From assembly GCA_035281445.1 (NCBI GenBank), contig DATEEA010000010.1:14092-78091 (forward strand): 64,000 nt of DNA, given 5' to 3'. Source of the stretch: Candidatus Polarisedimenticolia bacterium (GTDB lineage: Bacteria > Acidobacteriota > Polarisedimenticolia > JACPZX01 > DASXTC01). Positions 53,967 through 64,000 of the stretch are shown here, piece after piece. The notes beneath the pieces are model-generated. The model had not been told where the DNA came from and made no database searches. It worked only from the letters and a program-made list of their open reading frames with translations. Position 1 is the stretch's first letter. Every line of letters starts with the position of its first letter. The translations under genes and the position numbers were made by a program.

Positions 53967-56642
53967 CTATCCGGCGGAGACCATTTCCCCATCACCGCCT
54001 GCCAACTGACCAGGCACCCGGATCATGCGCCCGTCGTGGCCCTCGCCGTTGGTGTCGAAGCCGTCGTTCGCGGAGGCGACGGCGGGTGAGGCAGATCGAA
54101 GCGACACGGCGAGCGCCTGGAACACCGCGGCGAGGGACTCGCGAGCCTCCTGGGGAATGGCGGGGATCACGGCCTGCATGGCGGCGGCGAGAGCCGCGGG
54201 ATCGACCGTCAGGGGAGGGGCCACGGCGGTGGGCTGGGGATGACCTGAAGGCGCGGACTCGTCGGGCGCAAGCGCCGTGGCCGGCTCGGGCGCAGGACCG
54301 GCCGCCTCCGGCGGCGGAACCGGCGATCCCGGGATTCCGTCGGTTTTCACGAGCTGCTTCACCATCTCCCGGAAAGCTCCGCTCCCTCCCGGAGCGGCGA
54401 TGACGTCCTCGCCCGTCCTGCTCCAGACGTTCTCCAGGACGTTGCGCTTGGTGCCGTGCAGGTGGAGGATCCGCTCCTCTACGCTGTCCTTGCAGACCAG
54501 CAGGATCTCCTGCACGGTGCGGGACGACCCGATGCGGTGCACGCGAGCCATCCGCTGCTCCAGCCGCGCCGGGTTCCACGGGAGATCCAGGTTGATCACC
54601 ACGTCGGCCGCCTGGAGGTTCAGCCCCACCCCCCCGGCGTCGGTGGAGATGAAGACCGCCGGAGCGGCGCAGTCGCTGAAGGAGCGGATGAGAAGAGGTC
54701 TCTTCTTTACCGGCACATCCCCGCAGAGATAGAACGAGGGAAGCCCGAGCCGCCGGCAGAGCGTCTGGACCGGCTCGGCCATGTCGGTCCATTCCGAGAA
54801 GACCACCACTTTGCGCTTCTCGCCCAGGCAGAGGTCCCTCAGCGCCTGCTCCAGCTCGTCCAGCTTCGGCACCCGGCGGTCCTTGCGGGCGGCCGGCTCG
54901 ATCCCCAGCATGTGAGGGCCGTTGCAGCAGCGGCGCGCGATCATGAGGAGCCGCTGCATCCGCTCCAGGTCCGCGGGCAGGATCACCTTCTTGTTGGCGA
55001 TCCGCACCACCTGCGCCATCACATCTTCGTACGTGCCGGCGACCGCCTGGTGCATGGGGACCATCACTGTGGACCGCACCCGCTCGGGAAGCTGCAAGGA
55101 GACGTCCTCCTTGCGGCGGCGGAGGAAGGCCGGCGCCAGCCGTCCGCGGAGGCTGTCCATGTTCCGGTAGAAAAGCACGCGCCTCCCTTGCTCGTCGCGC
55201 ACGAAGTGGTCCCGGTCGATCTGCCAGAGAGGGGGAAGGAGCCGCTGGTCCAGGAGCTGGGCGATGGCGTAGGCCTCCTCCAGCCGGTTCTCCAGAGGGG
55301 TGCCGGTGAGGGCGAAGACATACCGGCTGGGGATCGACTTCAGCACGCGGGCGGTGCGGGTGAGCAGCCCCTTGGCCCTCTGGGCCTCGTCCACGATCAG
55401 AAGGTCGGGAGGGTGGATCACGTGTGCGGCGTGGTCCCGCAGCACCTGCTCGTAGTGCGTGATGAGCCAGCGCGGGCGGGAGGTGATGACGCGGGCCCGG
55501 GCGTCGTTGCGGCCCTCCAGCAGCAAAGCCTCCTCCCCCAGCCACCGGCGGATCTCGTCCTGCCAGCCTCCTCGCAGGCTGGCCGGGCAGACGATGGTGA
55601 CGTGACGGGCGGGCGGCTCGGCCCGCAGCAGCGCGGCGGCGGCGAGGATGGCCTGCAACGTCTTGCCGAGCCCCATCTCGTCGGCCAGCAGCGCCCGGCC
55701 GCGGCCGGCCAGAAACTCCACCCCCTTCCACTGGTAGGGGTAGGGCTTCATCCCCAGCGGCGGGAGCAGGGACTGGATCTCCTGTCGCGGCAGGTTGGGG
55801 GTCCAGCCCACGCGCCGGCCGAGCCAGGCGAGCCCCTCGGGCTCGACCCAGGGGCCGAGCGACTCCAGCCAGTCCTTCAGCTCTTTTTCGTCCTGAGCCA
55901 GAGGACGCAGAGGCAGCCCCGCTTCGTCGAAGGCCGCGAGCACCTTCCTGGAGCCGGGGCCCGAAGGCCGCCCGAACAGCCTGGGCTCCACCACCTCTCC
56001 GAAGTGCATATAGATCCGCGGCCCGGCCGCCGCACGGCGATGCCCTCGGGAAAGGGCCGGCTTGCGGCGCCCCAGGGCGATGCGCACCCGCTCCACGTGC
56101 TTGCAGGTGTGCAGGCGGTTGGCCTCGAAGTCGGGACAGTCGCAGCCGTGGGGGCCGTCCACGCCGCCGCGCAGCACGACCTTGTAGGCGAACCCCGAGG
56201 CGCTCGCCACGCGCAGGGAAGGAGGAGCCCCGAGCGACAGGGTCATCTTCTCCCGGCGGCCGGCCAGCACGCGCTCCTCGACCGCCTTCTGCCTGGCGTC
56301 GGATCCGGCGCCCGCCCTGGCGGCCGGCCCGCGCCGGGCCCGCACGGGCGGAGCCGGCGCCGAAGCGCCTTCCAGAGCCTGCTTCAGCAGCAGCGCCGCA
56401 GCCACTTCGTGCTTGCAGGGGGCGCGCCACGACGGGCAGGTGCAGCGATGAGCCAGGCCGCCGTCCTCGCGCCACAGAGCGACCTCGAAGTCGCCCGAAC
56501 GCCCCCGCACCACCGTCACGACGCTCTCGGCGCTTCCCACGAAGGGCTCCACGCGCGCCTCGCGGGCGTAGCGGGTCCCCTCGCGAAGGGCCTGGCCCTT
56601 CACCGGCCTCAGGAAGCGATCGATGACCTCGTGGGTGATCAT
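53967..56642 (-). CDS. SNF2-family helicase with two N-terminal SWIM zinc fingers
   Basis: 891-aa ORF. SWIM motifs are HRCTCPSWRAPCKH and GCDCPDFEANRLHTCKH. SNF2 motifs are LADEMGLGKTLQ, IVDEAQRAKG and LTGTPLEN. The Helicase_C segment reads STDAGGVGLNLQAADVVINLDLPWNPARLEQRMARVHRIGS. The C-terminal tail is Pro/Ala-rich. Confidence 0.9.
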   Translation of the reverse strand: MITHEVIDRFLRPVKGQALREGTRYAREARVEPFVGSAESVVTVVRGRSGDFEVALWREDGGLAHRCTCPSWRAPCKHEVAAALLLKQALEGASAPAPPVRARRGPAARAGAGSDARQKAVEERVLAGRREKMTLSLGAPPSLRVASASGFAYKVVLRGGVDGPHGCDCPDFEANRLHTCKHVERVRIALGRRKPALSRGHRRAAAGPRIYMHFGEVVEPRLFGRPSGPGSRKVLAAFDEAGLPLRPLAQDEKELKDWLESLGPWVEPEGLAWLGRRVGWTPNLPRQEIQSLLPPLGMKPYPYQWKGVEFLAGRGRALLADEMGLGKTLQAILAAAALLRAEPPARHVTIVCPASLRGGWQDEIRRWLGEEALLLEGRNDARARVITSRPRWLITHYEQVLRDHAAHVIHPPDLLIVDEAQRAKGLLTRTARVLKSIPSRYVFALTGTPLENRLEEAYAIAQLLDQRLLPPLWQIDRDHFVRDEQGRRVLFYRNMDSLRGRLAPAFLRRRKEDVSLQLPERVRSTVMVPMHQAVAGTYEDVMAQVVRIANKKVILPADLERMQRLLMIARRCCNGPHMLGIEPAARKDRRVPKLDELEQALRDLCLGEKRKVVVFSEWTDMAEPVQTLCRRLGLPSFYLCGDVPVKKRPLLIRSFSDCAAPAVFISTDAGGVGLNLQAADVVINLDLPWNPARLEQRMARVHRIGSSRTVQEILLVCKDSVEERILHLHGTKRNVLENVWSRTGEDVIAAPGGSGAFREMVKQLVKTDGIPGSPVPPPEAAGPAPEPATALAPDESAPSGHPQPTAVAPPLTVDPAALAAAMQAVIPAIPQEARESLAAVFQALAVSLRSASPAVASANDGFDTNGEGHDGRMIRVPGQLAGGDGEMVSAG

Positions 56643-57364
56643 CCCGGGTACACGTTCCAGGCTTCGACCAGCCGCCAGCTCTTCCCCTTCCTGCCCACGA
56701 TGCCGGAGATCGACCAGCCCGGAACCAGGTGCCGGGTGATCCTCTCGGGGACTTCGATCGGGCCCAGCTCACGCCCGTCCATCATCCCTTCGACCCACAT
56801 CCTGTTTTTGTCGGTCTCGACGCGCGTCACGACGAAGTGGTCCTCGACGGCGCTGCGCCCGGGGTCGCTTCCCCCCCCGGTCCAGTCATGCAGCATGCGG
56901 GCGAGCTTCTCCGCCCTGGGAAGCTCGCGTGCCGCCCGCTTCCCCCGCCCGCCGGCCTCCTCGGCCTCCTTCGCCTCCGCGTAGCCCTTCTCTCCCAGCC
57001 ACGCGGCCAGCTTCCTGGTCACGGTGCCCGCCGCGCGCATGGTGTCGGCCCCGGCGATCACCTTTCGGACCATGAAGTAGCCGAGAAACTCCCCCACGCT
57101 GGGAAGGATGTGCCCCGGGCCGAAGATCTCGCAGAAATTGATCTCGGGCGTTCCCCCGTTCAGGCGCTCGTAGAGTGCTGTGTCCTTCTTGTCGAGCGTC
57201 TGGTAGCCGTAGCCGTCAAGACAACTCTTGAGCAACTGGATGATGCCGTCGTACTGGTTCCAGGTCCTCGGCGCCAGTCGGTCCTTCTGCTCCTCGAGGA
57301 ACTGCTCCAACACTTCGGCGATCGTGGGCGAGGCGATACCTTCAAGACCTTTCCTGGCGGCCAT
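56639..57364 (-). CDS. hypothetical protein translationally coupled to the SNF2 helicase
   Basis: ATG at 57364-57362 sits behind GGAGGA, inside ORF 56639..57565, and gives 241 aa. ATGA overlap with the helicase start. The N-terminal helical segment TIAEVLEQFLEEQKDRLAPRTWNQYDGIIQLLKSCL weakly recalls integrase SAM-like core-binding domains. Confidence 0.6.
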   Translation of the reverse strand: MAARKGLEGIASPTIAEVLEQFLEEQKDRLAPRTWNQYDGIIQLLKSCLDGYGYQTLDKKDTALYERLNGGTPEINFCEIFGPGHILPSVGEFLGYFMVRKVIAGADTMRAAGTVTRKLAAWLGEKGYAEAKEAEEAGGRGKRAARELPRAEKLARMLHDWTGGGSDPGRSAVEDHFVVTRVETDKNRMWVEGMMDGRELGPIEVPERITRHLVPGWSISGIVGRKGKSWRLVEAWNVYPG

Positions 57365-57603
57365 GGGTCCTCCGGATCCGTAAGAAGGCCGCATCCTACC
57401 ACGGGCCCACAACCGGACACCGGATTTCTCGATCCGGCCAAAGAGGCGGTCGGTTGGGTGGAATCGGTATGCCTCCAGGCCGAGGAGGGTGAGCAGTGGT
57501 TCATACCTCGCTTTTGTACCCACGCCGGGACCGGCGAGCGCGATTCGTGCGAACCTTCGATCCATAGGCCTGTCTGCCCTGTGGGATGTCGGAAGGGAAT
57601 TCC

Positions 57604-58281
57604 ATGAGTATGGGTGCGTTGCTGCTCTTCAGCCTCGTCATGGGTATGACCACGCGCCCGGCCCTGGCATCGCCTCAGGACCTGGCCGGCGCGTGGATCG
57701 GGCAGTGGGAGCGCGACGGTTCGATCGTCGAGGTCGAGGTGATGTTCTGCGGACGGGCTCCGTTTACCAGGGGGCATTCTCTTCGGACCAGCTCCGTGTC
57801 GTCCGCATCCCGTTCCGCCGGATTCACTACGAGGCGCCGAAGGTGTCTTGGGAGCTCGTGGGGGACAGGACCAGGGCGACCTTCGACGGAGCCTTGCGAG
57901 GTGACACTCTTTCGGGGCGGTTCCGCGACGGGGACGCGGTCGGAACATTCCGCTTGACTCGCGGGGCACTGGTGGTCGAGCACCTGGAGGAGGAAGAGGT
58001 CACGTTCGGCAGATGCGACGGCGGCCATCGAAGCCATGCGCTCGCGGCCACGCATCGATCCCGAAGGAACCACCAGGACGCACCTGGAGACGGCATGGCG
58101 TGACGTTCGCGATCGTCCCTGGGTCTTCCCACCCCCTGCGGAGTCCGATTCCTACTGGGCGTTTTCCCGCCGCATCGCTTCGTACGAACCGCTGGTCTAC
58201 TGGCGGCAGGTTCACGCCCCTGCGCTGCTGGTCTATGGCGAGGCAGACCAACGGGTGGCCCCCCCGGCGGAGCGCCGCTGA
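57604..58281 (+). pseudogene. decayed alpha/beta-hydrolase (dienelactone hydrolase / S9-like) gene: frameshifts plus loss of the catalytic core
   Basis: Three frames read consecutively. First comes a signal peptide MSMGALLLFSLVMGMTTRPALASPQDLAGAWIGQWERDGSIVEVEV. Next comes ...[54 protein letters not shown]...EEVTF. Last comes the C-terminal ...[30 protein letters not shown]. The nucleophile-elbow region is missing. Confidence 0.6.
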
Positions 58282-58284
58282 CTC

Positions 58285-60357
<2,073 letters not shown>

Positions 60358-60454
60358 GCGGCGCCTCCTTCAGCGGGAAAGGGGCGCGTATTGGAGCACG
60401 CCGCCCCCTTCCCGGTCAACGTGGAGGCCCGGTTCTCAGTGGGACCCGCGGGTG

Positions 60455-60946
60455 TCAGCTCCGCGCCGCGCCCAGCAGGGCGGCGGCGATGCCCACCGCC
60501 ACGGCGATGGCCAGCACGAGGGCGTAGAGGCAGACCATGGCGATGGAGATGAGGCCGATCATCCGCCAGAAGCGGCGCTGCTCGTCGAGGGCCACGGTGA
60601 GCCCCGCCGGCCCGGCCGCGTCCGGCCCGGCGGCGATCAGGCCCTGGATGGCCGAGGCGTACCGGTTGAGCGCCAGGCAGGGAAAGACGTACACCAGCGA
60701 CATCAGCAGGTAGAAGGTTCCCATGGCGATGCCGCCGAGCGGTCCGACCCCCTCCATCAGCGACCCCATGAACAGCATGGACAGTCCCACCAGCACGATG
60801 AGGGCGGCCATGCAGAAGCCGAGGATGGCCATGAACCGGACCCAGGGCTTGGTGCGCCGGAGCTGGTCGATGGCCGGGGCCAGTTCGGATGGGCCGGAAG
60901 GCGGGCCCGGGGGAAGGGGAAACGGTTGGGACGGTTCGGACATCAT
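60455..60946 (-). CDS. hypothetical integral membrane protein (4 predicted TM segments)
   Basis: 163-aa ORF with a Pro-rich N-terminus followed by four hydrophobic helices. I recognise no confident family. Confidence 0.55.
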   Translation of the reverse strand: MMSEPSQPFPLPPGPPSGPSELAPAIDQLRRTKPWVRFMAILGFCMAALIVLVGLSMLFMGSLMEGVGPLGGIAMGTFYLLMSLVYVFPCLALNRYASAIQGLIAAGPDAAGPAGLTVALDEQRRFWRMIGLISIAMVCLYALVLAIAVAVGIAAALLGAARS

Positions 60947-60968
60947 CTCCTCGCGGCGCGGGCGCGGC

Positions 60969-61952
60969 TCAGACGAGCTGCGTCCGCCAGAGATCGTGCA
61001 GGTGCACCACGCCGGCGGCGCGGCGGTCGTCCTCCACCACCACCAGGGAGGTGATCTTCCTTTCCTCCATCAGGCGCAGGGCGGCCGCAGCCAGGGAGCC
61101 GGCGCCGATGGTGACCGGTTGGCGCGTCATGACCTCCTCGGCGCGCAGCGACAGTGGATCGGGGACCCGCTGCATGAGACGGCGCAGGTCTCCGTCGGTG
61201 ATGATCCCCAGAAGCCGGCGCCGCTCGTCCAGCACGGTGGTCATCCCCAGCCTCTTGCCGGTCATCTCGAACAGCGCGTCCTTCATCGAGGTGCCGGGGC
61301 CCACCGCGGGCATGGCCTCGCCTGCGTGCATCACCTTGTCCACCAGCAGCACCTTGCGGCCCAGCCTCCCGGCGGGGTGCAGAGAGGCGAAGTCCTGCTC
61401 CTGGAACCCGCGTTTCTCCACCAGGGCGATGGCCAGGGCGTCCCCCAGCGCCAGGCTGGCGGTGGTGGATGCGGTGGGGATGAGGTCCATGGGACAGGCT
61501 TCCCTCGGGACGCCCACGTCCAGGTGGATGTCGCTCTGGGAGGCGAGGGTCGAGGAGGGGCTGCCGGTCATGGCGATGAGGGTCACTCCCAGCCGCTGGA
61601 TCCGCTCCAGGAGCTGCAAGAGCTCCGCCGTCTCGCCCGAGTTGGAGACGGCCAGCACCACGTCGCCGGGCACCACCATCCCCAGGTCGCCGTGCACCGC
61701 CTCGGCCGGGTGCAGGAACAGCGCGGGGGTGCCGGTGGAGGCGAGGGTGGCGGCGATCTTCTTGCAGATGATGCCGCTCTTTCCCAGGCCGGTGACCACC
61801 ACCCGCCCTTTGCAGGCAAACAGCGCGTCGAGGGCACGCAGGAACGCGCCGTCCAGCCGCCCGGCCAGGGCCGCCACGGCGCGGGCCTCGATCTCGATCA
61901 CCTGCCGCGCCGTGTTCAGCGGGTCGCCGGAGCCGCCGATGCGGTCGGTCAC
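60969..61952 (-). CDS. kdsD: arabinose-5-phosphate isomerase (KpsF/GutQ family: SIS + tandem CBS)
   Basis: GTG at 61952-61950 overlaps the pyrG stop (GTGA), is in frame in ORF 60969..62603, and gives 327 aa. Motifs are [25 protein letters not shown] and CBS pairs at the C-terminus. Confidence 0.85.
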   Translation of the reverse strand: MTDRIGGSGDPLNTARQVIEIEARAVAALAGRLDGAFLRALDALFACKGRVVVTGLGKSGIICKKIAATLASTGTPALFLHPAEAVHGDLGMVVPGDVVLAVSNSGETAELLQLLERIQRLGVTLIAMTGSPSSTLASQSDIHLDVGVPREACPMDLIPTASTTASLALGDALAIALVEKRGFQEQDFASLHPAGRLGRKVLLVDKVMHAGEAMPAVGPGTSMKDALFEMTGKRLGMTTVLDERRRLLGIITDGDLRRLMQRVPDPLSLRAEEVMTRQPVTIGAGSLAAAALRLMEERKITSLVVVEDDRRAAGVVHLHDLWRTQLV

Positions 61953-63679
61953 GTCTCGATGCCGATGCGGGCGCCGCTGCGCTCCACCTCGGCGCCCGGA
62001 TCGCCGGCCGCTGGGCTGCCCGCCTCGCCGGAGGCGCGCACGGGGCGCGCCCCGCGGGCGCCCGAGGAGGCGGCCCGCCGCTCCAGGCGATCGGAGACCG
62101 CGGCCTCGATGAACTTCCTGAACAGGGGGTGCGGGGCCAGGGGCTTCGATTTGAACTCGGGGTGGAACTGGCAGGCCAGGAACCAGGGGTGGTCCTCCAG
62201 CTCCACGATCTCCACGAACTTGCCGTCCGGCGTGGTCCCGGTGATCCTCAGTCCCTTGGCCGTCAGCGGCGCCGTGTACTCCTTGTTGAACTCGTAGCGG
62301 TGGCGGTGGCGCTCCCACACGCTGCGCCGGCCGTAGGCCTCCGCCGCCCGTGAGTGCGGCGTCAGGAAGCACTCGTACTTGCCCAGGCGCATGGTCCCTC
62401 CCATGGCCTCCACGCCCATGAGGTCGCGCAGCTTGTAGATGACCCGGTGGGGGGACTCCTCGTTGAACTCCGACGAATCGGCCCCCGCCAGGCCGGCCAC
62501 GTTGCGGGCGAACTCGATGGTGGCGGTCTGCATCCCCAGGCAGATGCCGAAGAAGGGGACCTTCTTCTCGCGGGCGAAGCGGATCGCCGAGATCATCCCG
62601 CACACGCCGCGGATCCCGAACCCGCCGGGCACCAGGATGCCGTCCACCTGCGAGAGGGTCTCCTCCAGGCGGCCGTTCTCCATCTCCTCGGCCTCGATCC
62701 AGCGCAGGTTCACCTTCACGTCGTTGGCCACGCCTCCGTGCACCAGCGCCTCGGTGAGGCTCTTGTAGGAGTCCTCGTAGCCGACGTACTTGCCGACGAT
62801 GCCGATGGTGACCTCGCCCCGGGGGTGGCGAACCCTCTCCACCAGCTCTTCCCAGCTCCTGAAGTCCTTGTCCCGGTAAGGGAGGTCGAGGAGCTTCAAG
62901 ATGATGGCGTCGAGCCCCTCCCTGCCCAGAGCCAGCGGCACCTCGTAGATCGACCTCACGTCCTGCGCGGTGATGACCTGATCGGGAGGCACGTTGCAGA
63001 AGAGACCGATCTTCTTCTTCATTTCCTTGGGGATGGGCCGGTCGCAGCGGCAGAGCAGGATGTCGGGCTGCAGGCCGATGGCACGCATCTCGCGCACGGA
63101 GTGCTGCGTGGGCTTGGTCTTGAGCTCCCCGGCGGCGGCGATGAACGGGACCAGCGTCAGGTGGATGAAGATGGCGTTGCGGGAGCCGACCTCCAGGCGG
63201 AACTGGCGGATGGCCTCCAGGAAGGGGAGCGACTCGATGTCCCCCACCGTGCCCCCGATCTCGCAGATCTGGATGTCCACTCCGGAGGAGACGCGCGTCA
63301 TGAAGGCCTTGATCTCGTCGGTGACGTGGGGGATGACCTGCACGGTCGCCCCCAGGTAGTCGCCGCGCCTCTCCTTGGTGATGACCGACTCGTAGATCTT
63401 GCCGGTGGTGCAGTTGTGGTTCTTGGTGGTGAGCGTGGAGGTGAAGCGCTCGTAGTGCCCGAGATCGAGATCGGTCTCCGCGCCGTCGTCGGTGACGTAC
63501 ACCTCGCCGTGCTGGAAGGGGCTCATGGTGCCGGGGTCGACGTTGAGGTAGGGGTCGAACTTCTGCAGCGTCACGGTGAACCCACGGCTCTCCAGCAGGC
63601 GGCCGATCGAGGCGGCCGCCAGCCCCTTGCCCAGCGAGCTGACCACCCCGCCGGTGATGAAGATGTACTTCGTTTCCAT
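61949..63679 (-). CDS. pyrG: CTP synthase
   Basis: 576-aa ORF. Motifs are [28 protein letters not shown] and the GATase segment GICLGMQ with HRHRYE. A tail of about 40 aa rich in Ala/Gly/Arg extends beyond the usual C-terminus. Confidence 0.9.
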   Translation of the reverse strand: METKYIFITGGVVSSLGKGLAAASIGRLLESRGFTVTLQKFDPYLNVDPGTMSPFQHGEVYVTDDGAETDLDLGHYERFTSTLTTKNHNCTTGKIYESVITKERRGDYLGATVQVIPHVTDEIKAFMTRVSSGVDIQICEIGGTVGDIESLPFLEAIRQFRLEVGSRNAIFIHLTLVPFIAAAGELKTKPTQHSVREMRAIGLQPDILLCRCDRPIPKEMKKKIGLFCNVPPDQVITAQDVRSIYEVPLALGREGLDAIILKLLDLPYRDKDFRSWEELVERVRHPRGEVTIGIVGKYVGYEDSYKSLTEALVHGGVANDVKVNLRWIEAEEMENGRLEETLSQVDGILVPGGFGIRGVCGMISAIRFAREKKVPFFGICLGMQTATIEFARNVAGLAGADSSEFNEESPHRVIYKLRDLMGVEAMGGTMRLGKYECFLTPHSRAAEAYGRRSVWERHRHRYEFNKEYTAPLTAKGLRITGTTPDGKFVEIVELEDHPWFLACQFHPEFKSKPLAPHPLFRKFIEAAVSDRLERRAASSGARGARPVRASGEAGSPAAGDPGAEVERSGARIGIET

Positions 63680-63695
63680 GCCGCCTCCCGATGCG

Positions 63696-64000
63696 CTAGG
63701 ACGTCGCCCCCGAACCGATGATCGCCTCCACCCTCCGCAGATCCTCCGGCGTCTCCACGCTGATCGACGCCCCGGCCGACGGGACCAGCCGGATCCTGCG
63801 CCCTGCCTCCAGCACGCGGAGCTGCTCCAGACCTTCCAGCTCCTCCAGCGGCCCGCGCTCGAGCCGCCCGAACTCGAACAGGAACGGCGCGCGGAACGCG
63901 TACACCCCGACGTGCTTCCAGTACCCGGCCATCCCTCCGCGCCGCCGCGACAGCAGGGCCGCTCCCCCCGCGCCCATCTCGACCATCGCCGCCCCCTCGG
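63696..64000 (-). CDS. kdsB: 3-deoxy-manno-octulosonate cytidylyltransferase, C-terminal part; 5' end beyond window
   Basis: The frame is open to the window end. [15 protein letters not shown]...[22 protein letters not shown]...[14 protein letters not shown] matches the KdsB C-terminus. Confidence 0.75.
   Translation of the reverse strand, partial: EGAAMVEMGAGGAALLSRRRGGMAGYWKHVGVYAFRAPFLFEFGRLERGPLEELEGLEQLRVLEAGRRIRLVPSAGASISVETPEDLRRVEAIIGSGATS

Noticed and set aside
53992-56984. ORFs 53992..56772 - (926 aa) and 54456..56984 + (842 aa) overlapping the SNF2 helicase gene
   Set aside because: They are alternate-frame or antisense shadows. Only the 53967..56642 frame shows the SWIM, DEAQ-box and Helicase_C motifs.

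Overview
This is a dense, high-G+C bacterial chromosomal segment. About 50 protein genes are supported. I found no rRNA, tRNA, CRISPR array, transposase or integrase. The lineage is probably Acidobacteriota-like; this is inference from a VWFA-related acidobacterial-type domain protein, a Ser/Thr kinase fused to a TolB-type propeller, and an MA-peptidase/TolB/Omp85 fusion. Gene content falls into four groups. (1) LPS/Kdo functions are spread over three sub-loci: kdsC-lapA-lapB, kdsA-kdsC, and kdsB-pyrG-kdsD. (2) A beta-oxidation operon (fadD, thiolase, hydratase/dehydrogenase, acyl-CoA dehydrogenase) is headed by a sigma-54-type response regulator and has an arsC gene embedded in it. (3) Housekeeping genes include aroA, gatB, ftsEX, hppA and tal. 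(4) The load of secreted or envelope peptidases is unusually high: S8, M20, HEMGH zincin, two M1, two MA-like, HtrA, M19 and a retropepsin-like protease. Genes are very often joined by GTGA, ATGA or TGATG stop/start overlaps. One unidirectional gene train runs about 20 kb (44758 down to 25117). The parts most worth a second look are listed below.
- A visibly lower-G+C cassette (about 13300-14350) sits between the two remnants of a gutted DUF11/IPTL-CTERM surface-protein gene. It carries its own promoter and an overlapping small-protein + retropepsin-like protease pair.
- A translationally coupled secreted beta-propeller + 10-Cys small protein pair (14617-15920).
- A 525-nt non-coding region with a near-consensus promoter, a perfect inverted repeat and a long hairpin-rich leader lies upstream of an outer-membrane barrel gene (10976-11503).
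- A double-SWIM SNF2 helicase is coupled to an unknown 241-aa protein (53967-57364).

All calls come from reading the ORF translations and the DNA by eye. No database search was run.
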